Assembly (NCBI RefSeq): GCF_964355755.1
Contig: NC_092672.1
Span: 29,580,437 to 29,644,436, forward strand
Direction: 5' to 3'
Length of the DNA stretch: 64,000 bases
Source of the DNA: Antedon mediterranea
Lineage: Eukaryota > Animalia > Echinodermata
Shown: in pieces, positions 26,301 through 41,617 of the stretch
Numbering within the stretch: position 1 is the stretch's first letter
Layout of the letters: each line of letters opens with the position of its first letter
Program-made: the position numbers and the translations under genes
Notes under the pieces: model-generated
Databases searched by the model: none
What the model was told of the DNA's origin: nothing
Seen by the model: the letters and a program-made list of their open reading frames with translations, nothing else

Positions 26301-28910
26301 AAAGTGACAACTATACACCTCACACCACCAACCTCCAACACAATAGTTTCTGCCCACACACACTTCATCTCCTGAACTAACATAGTACAGTATAAGTCAA
26401 ATTAATTGTTCTAATTTTTTTTTTATTGCTGCCTCAAAGAATATTATATAATAGTAACAATATCAGAAAGGTAGATAGGTATTGTAATAATTTTTAAATT
26501 TAAAAATGTTTAAAAAAATATGAATATATGTTTATACATACATTATAAATGAAATATATTAACTACTATTTTAGTAATGCATACACAAGTACAGAATATC
26601 AGAAATCAATGAATCATGTGTCTAAATGTGGCATTATTAGGCTAATTTGCTTTGAGAAAAACATTGATGCCATTGGCCTATACAAAATCAAGGCAATTAG
26701 ACAAAATATTTACATAAACAATTAATACTAATATTGGTAGGCATAAAATAATAGTGTATATAAACTTTCCTTAAATAATAACAGTATAGGGCCTTACCAA
26801 TTTATTTAATACATAATATATGAACTATATTACACAAAAAAAGTATAAATTAATTCATAAGGACATGATGATTATCAAAAATAGTCAATATAATTAAATT
26901 TTAAACTCATTACCGGCATTATATATAATATTTTAAAAAGATAAGAATGCAAGTAAATATCAGATTCATAGTCCTCATTATACACAATGATTTCCTACTA
27001 TCACATATTAAAATATAAAACAATCATGTAGCCTTTAATGACTTTACATGGAGGTCTATTCAAATAAATTTAAGTAAAAGGGTCATAATATGTCTTCGTC
27101 TCCAGTTCGTGGAAATTGAAGTTAGGATTCCATCATTTCAACAACAAAAAATATTCAAAATATCCTGCCAGTTTGCGTTCAAGACCTGCAACCTGCTTAG
27201 TTTTTAATACGAGTACTGCTTTCTATACACATAACTTTGATTTCTGCAAAAAAAACAAAACTCTGTAATAATGTACTTTAATTACTGTAATAATCTAGGT
27301 ATAGATTATGTTGACCGGGCCAGTGAGAGGGCGATCGACTGTACTACCATAAGTCCTGTAGGTGTATACAACTTATTTCTTGTCTACAAAGTGTATAGTA
27401 GTATGCTAATAGTACTATTATTAGATTAGGTAGTTGGGAGTAGTTTGGAGAGATACATCTATCTATAAAAGAGTACTGTATATATGGAACTATCTGTGTT
27501 AGCCGCCTTTGTATTTTTAGATATAATACCAATAGGTACTATGTATTGGGAAACAATTCAACAGTTATGAATAAAAAAAGTCCTATGTACTCCTCCTCTG
27601 TATGTTGGAGGAAATAAGCATAAGAGCAAATAAAGCCTTGACCACAGGGTGTAAGTCACTATTTTGAATCAGTAGTATGACTTCTTAAGAAGTAATTTAA
27701 AAATTATCATTGTATGATCAAAAAGAAATATTATAATATCTAACTTTCTCCTTTATATAAATATATTATTTTATCCAAGGGGTTGCAAACACAAGTGTTC
27801 ACATGTCTTGTTAAGTATTGCACCTTTGTCCTGTCTTTATGTTTTCTGTAATGTCACTGCACTAACGGGTGACCGGTAAACGAGCTTTGCTCTTACGGTT
27901 ATCCATCCATATAAGTTGTTCATCTCTTATGTTCAGAAATTGAAATGGTAAATAAACTGAAACTGAAACTGTGCTTATGTGGTACAGGTTGACGAGCCAG
28001 GAATGATGGTAGTGCCAGTATACCGTGTAGTTTAGCCTCAAGACAATACCATGTAGCTGGAGTAGCTTGGACAAATACAGTAGAGATTTATGAGACTTGG
28101 TGTGTGATGATTCAGTATGATAAATTTGTGCTGTGAAAGACAAAATTGTAGAATTAGGAAGAAAATATTGTAAAATATAACAAGGAAATTATACTATAGT
28201 ATAATTAAGGGGTAACCGTATAATACATAATTAATAGTAATAAAGGCAATGGTAATTACTAATTATATTATGTATACATTACAATATTACAAATAAATTC
28301 ATATATTATTTTATTATGATAAGGAAATCTGTTTTAGAATGAGAAAAAGCCGTCCCAACCCAGATTTGAACCCAGCTATCAGTAAAGCTATAAAACAAAA
28401 TAGACCATATTGTAGCCGGACTGGGTAGCGTAGACTTACTTGAGGCCTAGGCATAGTACGATTAGCTAGAAGGATACAGGTCAACCCGTACCCATGCCAT
28501 GCCAACACGCTCGTACCCAAATTTTGGTTTACATATATCCAAAATGTTGGCTTACTCGTACCCATCATGGGCTGCCTAGTAGTAGTAGTAGTAGTAGTAG
28601 CCTAGCCTAAGGCAGCAGGCCCGGCCCTAGGCTACTACAACTTAAGTCTAGGCCTAGCCTAGTACTAGTAGGCCTCTAGGGCCTTAGGCCTAGCCTAGGC
28701 CCTTGTAGTTAACATCATACATAGCCATAGTAGCTACCTATCCCCTACTCACTAGCTAGGCCTAGGTAGTAGCAGTAGTAGTTATTGTAGTAGTATTATT
28801 GTATTGTAGTATTAGTTGTAGCTGTCCGGTGATCCTTGGTCACTTGTCTAGATCCCCTAGTAGGCCTAGGCTAGGCCTAGGCCTAGTACGTAGTTATTCT
28901 TCAACAGTCA

Positions 28911-29719
28911 TGTTATGCGCGATTTGAACGATTTGCGCAATTTGAAATTGCGCAAAAAAATCCTTGCGCAATTTGAAATTGCGCAAAGAATTCTTGCGCA
29001 ATTTAAAATTGCGCAAAGATTTTTTTGCGCAATTTCAAATTGCGCAATCAACTTGCGCAATTTCAAATTGCGCAAGAAAATCTTTGCGCAATTTTAAATT
29101 GCGCTGCACAATTTGTAAATTGCGCAAGATAGTTCTTGCGCAATATGACACCTTTGCGCAATTTGAAAACGAACTGTAAATTTTCCCATACATGGCTAGG
29201 CTAGGCCTAGGCAGAGGAGTTTAAAATTTAGTATTTTATTATATAAATAAGACCATTTCAATGAAGATAATGTTTAATACTCACTTTTTAAGTTTTTAAT
29301 ATTAGTTTAAGCTAGGCCATGTAACCTAGTCAGTATCAGTAGTCCAGACCCTAGCTAGGCTAGAGTAGGCCTAGTATAGCCGGCCGCCCGCGCCGCGCCC
29401 GCCTGGTGGAACACCACCGCTTCGTTTTCCTTCGTCGGTTCTTCGACGGTATGCTAACTTATAACAATATTTGCACTACTAAAATAAGGAAATGTGATAT
29501 TTATCTTTAATTTTGAATCATTCTTAGAAATTAAATACTATAAAAATATGGGTGTGCATGATTTCACAATCTGTCGAAAAACCTTGCGCAATTTGCAGAT
29601 TACTTGCGCAATTTAATACGTTGCTTGCGCAATTTGAAACACATGTTTCAATTCAAATTGCGCAAGGATTTTTTTTGCGCAATTTCAAATTGCGCAAATC
29701 GTTCAAATCGCGCATAACA
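28911..29719. mobile_element. Non-autonomous Ginger-like element (TGT...ACA termini)
   Basis: TIR TGTTATGCGCGATTTGAACGATTTGCGCAA..., many TTGCGCAA subterminal repeats, 4-bp TSD gtca; absent from the other arms at this site. Confidence 0.8.
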
Positions 29720-31240
29720 GTCACACAATTCAGATTCTGCCGGCCGCTGATTGCTAGTGAACAGGGGGAGGGAGAGAAAGAGTTAGAAGAACTGAAATAA
29801 GCCGTGACGTATAATAAACATCATACAAAATAATAATATAACTAACGAATCCGTATAATATAATAATGTTGTATGTTATAAAGTAAAGTAAATGCGTTTA
29901 ATATAATACAATTATATTATAATATAATGTATTTTATTAATAATATAATATTAAATGTTCATAATATAATGCTAAAACCAAAAAATATAATACAAAAAGT
30001 CAATAATTTGTTACATTTTTCACATAATATATTAGAAATAGATATAATATAATGCTAAAACCAAGTAATATAATGCAAAACGTATAATTCATTACAATAC
30101 AATATATAACATAATAAAAAAATGATATAATAATATAATATTTTGAATACTTCAGACAGCTGAGGCTTGCCATAATATAGGTTAAGTATTGTTCGATCTG
30201 TAAGATTACCTTGTTTTTACTAATTTCATTTTACTTGTATAATTCGCTTCTTAGTTAAGACTTAAATGTTATTTTTTGATACTTTTCTTTTTGTTTTTAC
30301 ATTGCCTTGTAAATGAACGCACCGTCTTATAAACGTGTGCCGCTGATACAAAAGTATGGCAAGCCTCAGCTGTCTGAAGTATTCAAAATATTATATTATT
30401 ATATCATTTTTTTATTATATTATATATTGTATTGTAATGAATTATACGTTTTGCATTATATTACTTGGTTTTAGCATTATATTATATCTATTTCTAATAT
30501 ATTATGTGAAAAATGTAACAAATTATTGACTTTTTGTATTATATTATTTGGTTTTAGCATTATATTATGAACATTTAATATTATATTATTAATAAAATAC
30601 ATTATATTATAATATAATTGTATTATATTAAACGCATTTACTTTACTTTATAACATACAACATTATTATATTATACGGATTCGTTAGTTATATTATTATT
30701 TTGTATGATGTTTATTATACGTCACGGCTTATTTCAGTTCTTCTAACTCTTTCTCTCCCTCCCCCTGTTCACTAGCAATCAGCGGCCGGCAGAATCTGAA
30801 TTGTGTGACTGTTGAAGAATAACTACGTACTAGACCTAGCCTAGGATCACCGGACAGCTACAACTAATACTACAATACAATAATACTACTACAATAACTA
30901 CTACTGCTACTACCTAGGCCTAGCTAGAGTGAGTAGTAGGTAGCTACTACTAGGCTCTAGTAGGGCGTATGTATGATGTTAACTACTAGGGCCTAGGCTA
31001 GGCCTAGAGGCCTACTAGTACTAGGCTAGGCCTAGACTTAAGTTGTAGTAGGCTAGGGCCGGGCCTGCTGCCTTAGGCTAGGCTACTACTACTACTTCTA
31101 CTAGGCAGCCCATGATGGGTACGAGTAAGCCAAAATTTTGGATATATGTAAACCAAAATTTGGGTACGAGCGTGTTGGCATGGCATGGGTACTGGTTGAC
31201 CTGTATCCTTCTAGCTAATCGTACTATGCCTAGGGCCTAG

Positions 31241-32070
31241 TGTTATGCGCGATTTGAACGATTTGCGCAATTTGAAATTGCGCAAAAAAATCCTTGCGCA
31301 ATTTGAAATTGCGCAAAGAATTCTTGCGCAATTTTTCTTGCGCAATTTAAAATTGCGGAAGGATTTTTTTGCGCAATTTTAAATTGCACTGCACAATTTG
31401 TAAATTGCGCAAGATAGTTCTTGCGCAATATGACACCTTTGCGCAATTTGAAAACGAACTGTAAATTTTCAAATTGCGCAACAAAATTCTACCAGACAAT
31501 CGGTATTATAATAATTTATTGGAAACTAAATAACTCAAAATAAAACATAATAAATGCGAAGATGTGTGTAATAAATACATAACATTTATTATTACAATTA
31601 AATAATATTATCACTGTAACTTGAAATAAATCAAAATAAATGTAAAAATTAAGTTTTTAATATTAGTTTAAGCTAGGCCATGAAACCTAGTCAGTATCAG
31701 TAGTCCAGACCCTAGCTAGGCTAGAGTAGTATAGCCGGCCGCCCGCGCCGCGCCCGCCTGGTGGAACACCACCGCTTCGTTTTCCTTCGTCGGTTCTTCG
31801 ACGGTATGCTAACTTATAACAATATTTGCACTACTAAAATAAGGAAATGCGATATTTATCTTTAATTTTGAATCATTCTTAGAAATTACTATAAAAATAT
31901 GGGTGTGCATGATTTCACAATCTGTCGAAAAACCTTGCGCAATTTGCAGATTACTTGCGCAATTTAATACGTTGCTTGCGCAATTTGAAACACATGTTTC
32001 AATTCAAATTGCGCAAGGATTTTTTTTGCGCAATTTCAAATTGCGCAAATCGTTCAAATCGCGCATAACA
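31241..32070. mobile_element. Second Ginger-like element of the same family
   Basis: Same TGTTATGCGCG...CGCGCATAACA termini, flanked by cctag on both sides. Its internal segment (~31470-31650) differs from the first copy. Confidence 0.8.
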
Positions 32071-35000
32071 CCTAGGACTCAAGTAAGTCTACGCTACCCA
32101 GTCCGGCTACAATATGGTCTATTTTGTTTTATAGCTTTATTGATAGCTGGGTTCAAATCTGGGTTGGGACGGCTTTTTCTCATTCTAAAATAGATTTCCT
32201 TATCATAATAAAATAATATATGAATTTATTTGTAATATTGTAATGTATACATAATATTTGCCATTGCATTTATTACTATTAATTATGTATTATACGGTTA
32301 CCCCTTAATTATACTATAGTATAATTTCCTTGTTATATTTTACAATATTTTCTTCCTAATTCTACAATTTTGTCTTTCACAGCACAAATTTATCATACTG
32401 AATCATCACACACCAAGTCTCATAAATCTCTACTGTATTTGTCCAAGCTACTCCAGCTACATGGTATTGCCTTGAGGCTAAACTACACGGTATACTGGCA
32501 CTACCATCATTCCTGGCTCGTCAACCTGTACCACATAAGCACAGTTTCAGTTTGAGTTTATTTACCATTTCAATTTTTGAACATAAGAGATGAACAACTT
32601 ATATGGATGGATAACCGTAAGAGCGAAGCTCGTTTACCGGTCACCCGTTAGTACAGTGACATTACAGACAACATAAAGACAGGACAAAGGTGCAATACAT
32701 AACAGGACATGTGAACACTTGTGTTTGCAACCCCTTGGATAAAATAATATATTTATATAAAGGAGAAAGTTAGATATTATAATATTTCTTTTTGATCAAA
32801 CAATGATAATTTTTAAATTACTTCTTAAGAAGTCATACTACTGATTCAAAATAGTGACTTACACCCTGTGGTCAAGGCTTTATTTGCTCTTATGCTTATT
32901 TCCTCCAACATACAGAGTACATAGGACTTTTTTTATTCATAACTGTTGAATTGTTTCCCAATACATAGTACCTATTGGTATTATATCTAAAAATACAAAG
33001 GTGGCTAACACAGATAGTTCCATATATACAGTACTCTTTTATAGATAGATGTATCTCTCCAAACTGCTCCCAACTACCTAATCTAATAATAGTACTATTA
33101 GCATACTACTATACACTTTGTAGACAAGAAATAAGTTGTATACACCTACAGGACTTATGGTAGTACAGTCGATCGCCCTCTCACTGGCCCGGTCAACATA
33201 ATCTATACCTAGATTATTACAGTAATTAAAGTACATTATTACAGAGTTTTTTTTTTGTTGCAGAAATCAAAGTTATGTGTATAGAAAGCAGTACTCGTAT
33301 TAAAAACTAAGCAGGTTGCAGGTCTTGAATGCAAACTGGCAGGATATTTTGAATATTTTTTGTTGTTGAAATGATGGAATCCTAACTTCAATTTCCACGA
33401 ACTGGAGACGAAGACATATTATGACCCTTTTATTTAAATTTATTTGAATAGACCTCCATGTAAAGTCATTAAAGGCTACATGATTGTTTTATATTTTAAT
33501 ATGTGATAGTAGGAAATCATTGTGTATAATGAGGACTATGAATCTGATATTTACTTGCATTCTTATCTTTTTAAAATATTATTTATAATGCCGGTAATGA
33601 GTTTAAAAGTTAATTATATTGACTATTTTTGATAATCATCATGTCCTTATAAATTCATTTATACTTTTTTTTGTGTAATATAGTTCATATATTATGTATT
33701 AAATAAATTGGTAAGGCCCTATACTGTTATTATTTAAGGAAAGTTTATATACACTATTATTTTATGCCTACCAATATTAGTATTAATTGTTTATGTAAAT
33801 ATTTTGTCTAATTCCCTTGATTTTTGTATAGGCCAATGGCATCAATGTTTTTCTCAAAGCAAATTAGCCTAATAATGCCACATTTAGACACATGATTCAT
33901 TGATTTCTGATATTCTGTACTTGTGTATGCATTACTAAAATAGTAGTTAATATATTTCATTTATAATGTATGTATAAACATATATTCATATTTTTTTTTA
34001 ACATTTTTAAATTTAAAAATTATTACAATACCTATCTACCTTTCTGATATTGTTACTATTATATAATATTTTTTGAGGCAGCAATAAAAAAAAATTAAAA
34101 AATTTATTTGACTTATACTGTACTATGTTAGTTCAGGAGATGAAGTGTGTGTGGGCAGAAACTAGTGTGAGGTGTATAGTTGTCACTTTAAGACCTAAAT
34201 TAGATGTTTTCTGAAGAAAAGAAGTAAGCGGATACGCTTTCAAACAACTCCAAGAAGATTCACACCAAAATAATTACTTTCCAATAAAATAGTATAACAG
34301 TGTATATTACAGTACATTGAATAAACTCGAGCGGAATAATAACGCAAATAAAAAACATTCATTTTCTTGTCGAAAAGTGCCCTCTCTAGTTTTCTATTAA
34401 TTTATTAATAATTATTATCAATTAATGAGTAATATAAACATATTTTTAAAATTTAATGCTGGAAACTGTATCTACTCCTAACAAAGTTTCATATCTCCAA
34501 ATTTCATCAACGTATTCAAAGCACTTAAATAAATTACATTTAACATTACAAATTCAGGTTTTGGATATAATTTTGCTTAAAAACATATACAAAAAACATC
34601 GATAAAAAATACTTTTCGTATTCAAAAACATTTGATATTTGGTATAAATGTTCAATATAGGTTGCTCCATCCATATTGCAAACAAAAAATAACTATCAAG
34701 CCATATCACTGATTTTTTAAATTTACGTTTTTACAAAATGTACACTTATGAAAGACCATACAATTCCAACTCATTTTTTACAAGCTAATAACTATTTTGA
34801 AAAAACGACCAACAAAAAACGTTCTTGAATGCAATTTTTTTCTGTGAATAGAGCAACCTATAGTGAACATTTGTACCAAGTATCAAATGTTTTTGAATAC
34901 GAAAAGTATTTTTTATCGATGTTTTTTGTATATGTTTTTAAGCAAAATTCTATCCAAAACCCGAATTTTTATGTTAAATGTGATATTTAATATTGAAGTG

Positions 35001-37999
35001 CTTTGAATACGTTGATGAAATTTGGAGATATGAAACTTTGTTAGGAGTAGAACCAGCTTCCAGCATTGAATTTTAAAAATATGTTCATATTACTCATTAA
35101 TTAATAATAATTATTAATAAATTAATAGAAAACTAGAGAGGGCACTTTTCGAAAAGAAAATGAATATTTTTTTATGTGCGTTATTATTCCGCTCGAGTTT
35201 ATTCAATGTACTGTAATATACACTGTTATACTACTTTATTGGAAAGTAATTATTTTTGTGTGAATCTTCTTGGAGTTGTTTGAAAGCGTATGCGCTTACT
35301 TCTTTTCTTCAGAAAACATCTAATTTAGGTCTTAAAGTGACAACTATACACCTCACACCACCAACCTCCAACACACTAGTTTCTGCCCACACACACTTCA
35401 TCTCCTGAACTAACATAGTACAGTATAACTCAAATTAATTGTTCTAATTTTTTTTTTATTGCTGCCTCAAAGAATATTATATAATAGTAACAATATCAGA
35501 AAGGTAGATAGGTATTGTAATAATTTTTAAATTTAAAAATGTTTAAAAAAATATGAATATATGTTTATACATACATTATAAATGAAATATATTAACTACT
35601 ATTTTAGTAATGCATACACAAGTACAGAATATAAGAAATCAATGAATCATGTGTCTAAATGTGGCATTATTAGGCTAATTTGCTTTGAGAAAAACATTGA
35701 TGCCATTGGCCAATACAAAAAATCAAGGCAATTAGACAAAATATTTACATAAACAATAAATACTAATATTGGTAGGCATAAAATAATAGTGTATATAAAC
35801 TTTCCTTAAATAGTAACAGTATAGGGCCTTACCAATTTACTTAATACATAATATATGAACTATATTACACAAAAGAAATATAAATGAATTTATAAGGACA
35901 TGATGATTATCAAAAATAGTCAATAATTAAATTTTAAACTCATTACCGGCATTATAAATAATAATTTAAAAAGATGAGAATGCAAGTAAATATCAGATTC
36001 ACAGTCCTCATTATACACAATGATTTTCTACTATCACATATTAAAATATAAAACAATCATGTAGCCTTTAATGAGTTTACATGGAGGTCTATTCAAATAA
36101 ATTTAAATAAAAGGGTTCGTGAAAATTGAAGTTAGGATTCCATCATTTCAACAACAAAAATATTCAAAATATCCTGCCAGTTTGCGTTCAAGACCTGCAA
36201 CCTGCTTAGTTTTTAATACGAGTACTGCTTTCTATACACATAACTTTGATTTCTGCAAAAAAAAAAAAAACTCTGTAATAATGTACTTTAATTACTGTAA
36301 TAATCTAGGTATAGATTATGTTGACCGGGCCAGTGAGAGGGCGATCGACTGTACTACCATAAGTCCTCTAGTGTATACAACTTATTTCTTGTCTACAAAG
36401 TGTATAGTAGTATGCTAATAGTACTATTATTAGATTAGGTAGTTGGGAGTAGTTTGGAGAGATACATTTATTTATAAAAGAGTACTGTATATATGGAACT
36501 ATCTGTGTTAGCCGCCTTTGTATTTTTAGATATAATACCCATAGGTACTATGAATTTGGAAACAATTCAACAGTTATGAATAAAAAAAGTCCTATGTACT
36601 CTGCATGTTGGAGGAAATAAGCATAAGAGCAAAGAAAGCGTTGACCACAGGGTGTAAGTCACTATTTTGAATCAGTAGTATGACTTCTTAAGAAGTAATT
36701 TAAAAATTATCATTGTATGATCAAAAAGAAATATTATAATATCTAACTTTCTCCATTATATAAATATATTATTTTATCCAAGGGGTTGCAAACACAAGTG
36801 TTCACATGTCCTGTTATGTATTGCACCTTTGTCCTGTCTTTATGTTGTCTGTAATGTCACTGCACTAACGGGTGACCGGTAAACGAGCTTCGCTCTTACG
36901 GTTATCCATCCATATAAGTTGTTCATCTCTTATGTTCAGAAATTGAAATGGTAAATAAACTCAAACTGAAACTGTGCTTATGTGGTACAGGTTGACGAGC
37001 CAGGAATGATGGTAGTGCCAGTATACCGTGTAGTTTAGCCTCAAGGCAATACCATGTAGCTGGAGTAGCTTGGACAAATACAGTAGAGATTTATGAGACT
37101 TGGTGTGTGATGATTCAGTATGATAAATTTGTGCTGTGAAAGACAAAATTGTAGAATTAGGAAGGAAATATTGTAAAATATAACAAGGAAATTATACTAT
37201 AGTATAATTAAGGGGTAACCGTATAATACATAATTAATAGTAATTACTAATAAAGGCAATGGCAATTACTTTATTATGTATACATTACAATATTACAAAT
37301 AAATTCATATATTATTTTATTATGATAAGGAAATCTATTTTAGAATGAGAAAAAACCGTCCCAACCCAGATTTGAACCCAGCTATCAATAAAGCTATAAA
37401 ACAAAATAGACCATATTGTAGCCGGACTGGGTAGCGTAGACTTACTTGAGTCCTAGGCATAGTACGATTAGCTAGAAGGATACAGGTCAACCCGTACCCA
37501 TGCCATGCCAACACGCTCGTACCCAAATTTTGGTTTACATATATCCAAAATTTTGGCTTACTCGTACCCATCATGGGCTGCCTAGTAGTAGTAGTAGTAG
37601 TAGCCTAACCTAAGGCAGCAGGCCCGGCCCTAGCCTACTACAACTTAAGTCTAGGCCTAGCCTAGTACTAGTAGGCCTCTAGGCCTAGCCTAGGCCCTAG
37701 TAGTTAACATCATACATACGCCCTAGAGCCTAGTAGTAGCTACCTACTACTCACTCTAGCTAGGCCTAGGTAGTAGCAGTAGTAGTTATTGTAGTAGTAT
37801 TATTGTATTGTAGTATTAGTTGTAGCTGTCCGGTGATCCTAGGCTAGGCCTAGTACGTAGTTATTCTTCAACAGTCACACAATTCAGATTCTGCCGGCCG
37901 CTGATTGCTAGTGAACAGGGGGAGGGAGAGAAAGAGTTAGAAGAACTGAAATAAGCCGTGACGTATAATAAACATCATACAAAATAATAATATAACTAA

Positions 38000-40900
38000 T
38001 AGACCAGTCGTATTTGAGGTGTAGGTGTCACTTTTTGCAGAATTTACTTCATGTATTTTTTCTGGGGTAATTTTGGCTGTAGAATACGAATATGAATGTT
38101 GATCGTGACGGGGAGGTGGCGTTTTTGAGATATGAAGGGTCAAAGGTCAAATTAGGTCAAATAAGTCATTTTATGAAGAGGAAATCGTTTAGATATGTTA
38201 AATGCAACAGAAATGTGTTGTCTAGTTGATATAGTCCAAATAAACATCATATCCAAAATTTATCGAAATCGGACACCGGAAAGTGGGTTAATTGGCATAA
38301 ATTCAAAATGGCCGCCATTTACCATTTGAAGTTCCCATATCTCCTCAACGGTTGGTTTTAGACCACCTAAGTGCATTACGAGTAAATATAAATGTGACAT
38401 TAAACTTTCAAACTAGCATATTTAAATTACCATATGACGTAACTATGACGTCATAAGGTAGTTGTGACGTCATATATTATGTTATAACTGCTTAAATGAC
38501 ATTATCCTATGCTAAAAAAAATGTAGAAACCGCAGGAAAACAATTTTCTAACATTTTCCTGTTGAAATGAACATGATACGGTCAGACATCAAAAAGGTTA
38601 ATTAGCATAAATTCAGAATAGCCGCTATATAAATGATTAAACTTTCCAATTAATATTTAAATTACCATATAACGTACCTATGACGTCATAAGTTAGTAAA
38701 GTATGATGTCAAAAGAATGCGCAATTGGCATATTCTAAGAAAAAATATGTTTTAAATCTCATGAAAATAGTAAAACATCCAGGTTAAGATCATCAACTGT
38801 GTATCCGCATGGGCTCTATCCCCTCTTCGGGGAGCCTATCCCATATCTGGGAACACAGGTACTTTTTGTCGAGTCGGGGAATACTGTAAAAATCGTTGGC
38901 GTTCACTTCGTAGCTTTAGCGCCTAGAAAACCGCGACTTTCCATTGACCGCGAGTACGTCAGAGGGCTATTATGCATTCATTATTGCCAGCTATCCAACT
39001 ATTAAACAATAGGTACGCACTTGTCTGGCGGTATCCCTTTGTACGAATCGTTCAACGTTGTGTCCAAACGCGTGATATCATATTCCATCCAGGGACCAAA
39101 ATGTGTCGTAGTATTACTTTCCAGGCGAAGTTTACTGACGGTTACGTTATGTACTGTGTATCGACGTATGCTACAGCAAAAACGAATTATGTTAATCTGA
39201 TACGTTTGTAATGAGTTTAATGTCGTTTAATTCCACCCTTACCTAAAAGCCATCCTAAATCTGGAGGTGCGAAGCAAATTTGGTTAAATGACACCTCTAG
39301 ATGGCCGGAAATGGTATACTCTCGCACATAACATTCATGATAAATAGCACCTCTAATTAGTCGGAAAAGACACTCTCATGCAGCATGCTACCAATGAGCA
39401 AAACGATCGTATTCGTACCTTTTTTGATCATTCACTTGCGTTCAAGTTCAATGTGAACGTACGTTTGTCTAGGGGAATCCCCCAAAAAAGCACTTTGTAT
39501 GAGAAGGCAAATTCAATGCTTATTATAGCTCTACCTACATTTATTTACAGCAACTTGAAGAAATTAAATATTAATCAATCTTCTAATAGTAACCCACACT
39601 CTAATAATAGTAACCCTCCTTTTAATAGTAATAGTGTAACCCAGTCAATAGTCAATCTATAATAATAACCCACTACTCTAATTTAATAAGGAGATAATGC
39701 ATGTTGATCTCGGGTGTGGGGGAGGATTGAGTGTTTTTGAGTTTATAAGTTAGTTAGTTAGTTAGTTCTGTTCAAACAAATGTGTTTATCCGTACTGTTT
39801 TATTATTTTGCTATATATGAGCTGCTGACCGGAATAGTTGGGGTGGGTTACTATTTTCAAGTAATAGTAACCCACTACTCTAATAGTAATCCCCTTCTAG
39901 TAGTAACCCACCCTAAAAAACAATCAAAGAATAATAGAATAACCCAGGGTTACAATTAGAAGATTTACGGTATACTTTATGCATGCTGACTGCCGTGATC
40001 TAAACAATATAGGTACGTACGCTATTGTCTGGCGGTGTCCTTTGTACGAATCGTTCGTGCCCCAGCGTACGATACCCGCATCAATATCATGTTACATCCA
40101 GGGATTTCAGGTGAAAATCGGCAATTCATTTTCAACTCGTAAATTTACAGACACGTATCGCTCGACATACGCACATACAGTGAAGAAGGTATCGAGTTAT
40201 TCACGAACGAATTTACGAATTTTTCAAATTAACCTTTTGTACTGTGTGGGGCACGTATTTGGAGGATTTTCAGAGATGAGGGTGAGGTATTGGGCATGTC
40301 GGGAATGGGGGTTCGCCCGAACCATAAAAACCCCCCTGGCTACGCGCCTGTACATATACATAGAAAATGCAATAGTTGGCATCATCAAAATACAGTATTA
40401 CTATTATGGAATCAAACCACCATACACGCAAATTCCACATTTATCAGTTGGTCTTTGACATTTTAAACCAATTATTATATGATGCTGGCGGTTTATTTTG
40501 TAGAATACATTTGGTATGATATAGCCATGTTTATTGGAATTATGTTGGTTCAGGGACAGAGAAACATTGTTTTATGTGATTTTCTACAGCTAGTTCTTTA
40601 GGGCAACCTTATTTTCTTTTATTGTTTAAAACATGATCTCAGTCAGAAAGGAAATATGTTCATGCTAGATGCAGCTTTCGTAATAAATAATACATTCAAT
40701 ATCGTTGTAGTATTTTCACAATGTTTCCACCTGAACAATGATGTCACCTGTGAGAAATCGTTGGTTGATAGGGTTGCTGGATGTATTGTTATAATCAGCT
40801 GAATATACGGGTAGTAGTACACAGCATTTATTAGATTTATGTATACAAAAATAAATGTTTTAGCTGTAAGACTACACACACGACACCATAATACATCTAC

Positions 40901-41617
40901 ACCTACGCTATTATTATGCCAGCTAGTTACTACAGCAGTACTAGGCCTAGTAGTAGTAGCCTACTCTAGAAGCCTGTCAGTAATAATAATATAAGTTCTA
41001 GGCCCTAGGCCTACATCACCTAAAAATCGGAAGCTAGCGCTGCATGCAAAATAAGCTAGAGATAGATGTTTCATGCATACGGTCACAATACGCTAGGCTA
41101 GTAAAAGCCTACCCACTATTCACTTGAGCGAACTTTATATGCGGTCATCGCGGTTTAAACGTCCTTTGTTTACATACGTCGTACGCTGGAAGGATTCATA
41201 TTCGGGCCTAGGCCTAGACAATATCATTTTTGATCACTGAAAACGCGAAAATGAAAAGTTCTAACTAACTTTATACTACACAGTGTATTACTAAAACAAT
41301 TTCAGCATATAAAACCGATCAGATTTATAAATTATTTTCACATTTACGTGAATAAAATTAACAGCAACGAAGTCTTTTTTAATCCAATTTACTCATAATT
41401 ATGTAGAAAGTGCGCCCTCTATTGTCTAAATTTGTTTTATTTTGATTAATTTCGGCTCTCAAAAATCAAGATTTAAAACGTTTATATCTTTAAAAAGCCC
41501 CCACGTTAGTCCGATCAACAACCAGATTCGTAATCTACGTCAAAAAATGCACTAGAAAAAGTTGGTTTGGAAAATTCTGCAGAAAAGTGACACCTGCCTC
41601 CAGATCCGACTGGTCTA
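38000..41617. mobile_element. 3.6-kb non-autonomous TIR element with 3-bp TAA TSD (Academ-like TAG...CTA termini; PIF/Harbinger not excluded)
   Basis: TAGACCAGTCG...CGACTGGTCTA with ~110-bp imperfect TIRs; TAA at 37997-37999 and 41618-41620; empty site tataactaacgaatcc in the other arms; no transposase ORF. Confidence 0.8.

Larger units (their letters stand above)
21249..30174. mobile_element. Giant non-coding palindromic (foldback) element, copy 1
   Basis: Starts TATGGCAAGCCTCAGCTGTCTGAAG and ends with its reverse complement. Arms 21249-25634 and 25818-30174 are inverted repeats (~3.5 kb each without nested inserts) around a 183-bp spacer. Confidence 0.92.

Noticed and set aside
22036-37574. 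Recurrent short ORFs (MMGTSKP..., MSFTAQIY..., MVLYLKIQ...)
   Set aside because: They recur only because they lie in the repeated arms; no domain similarity and variable stops.
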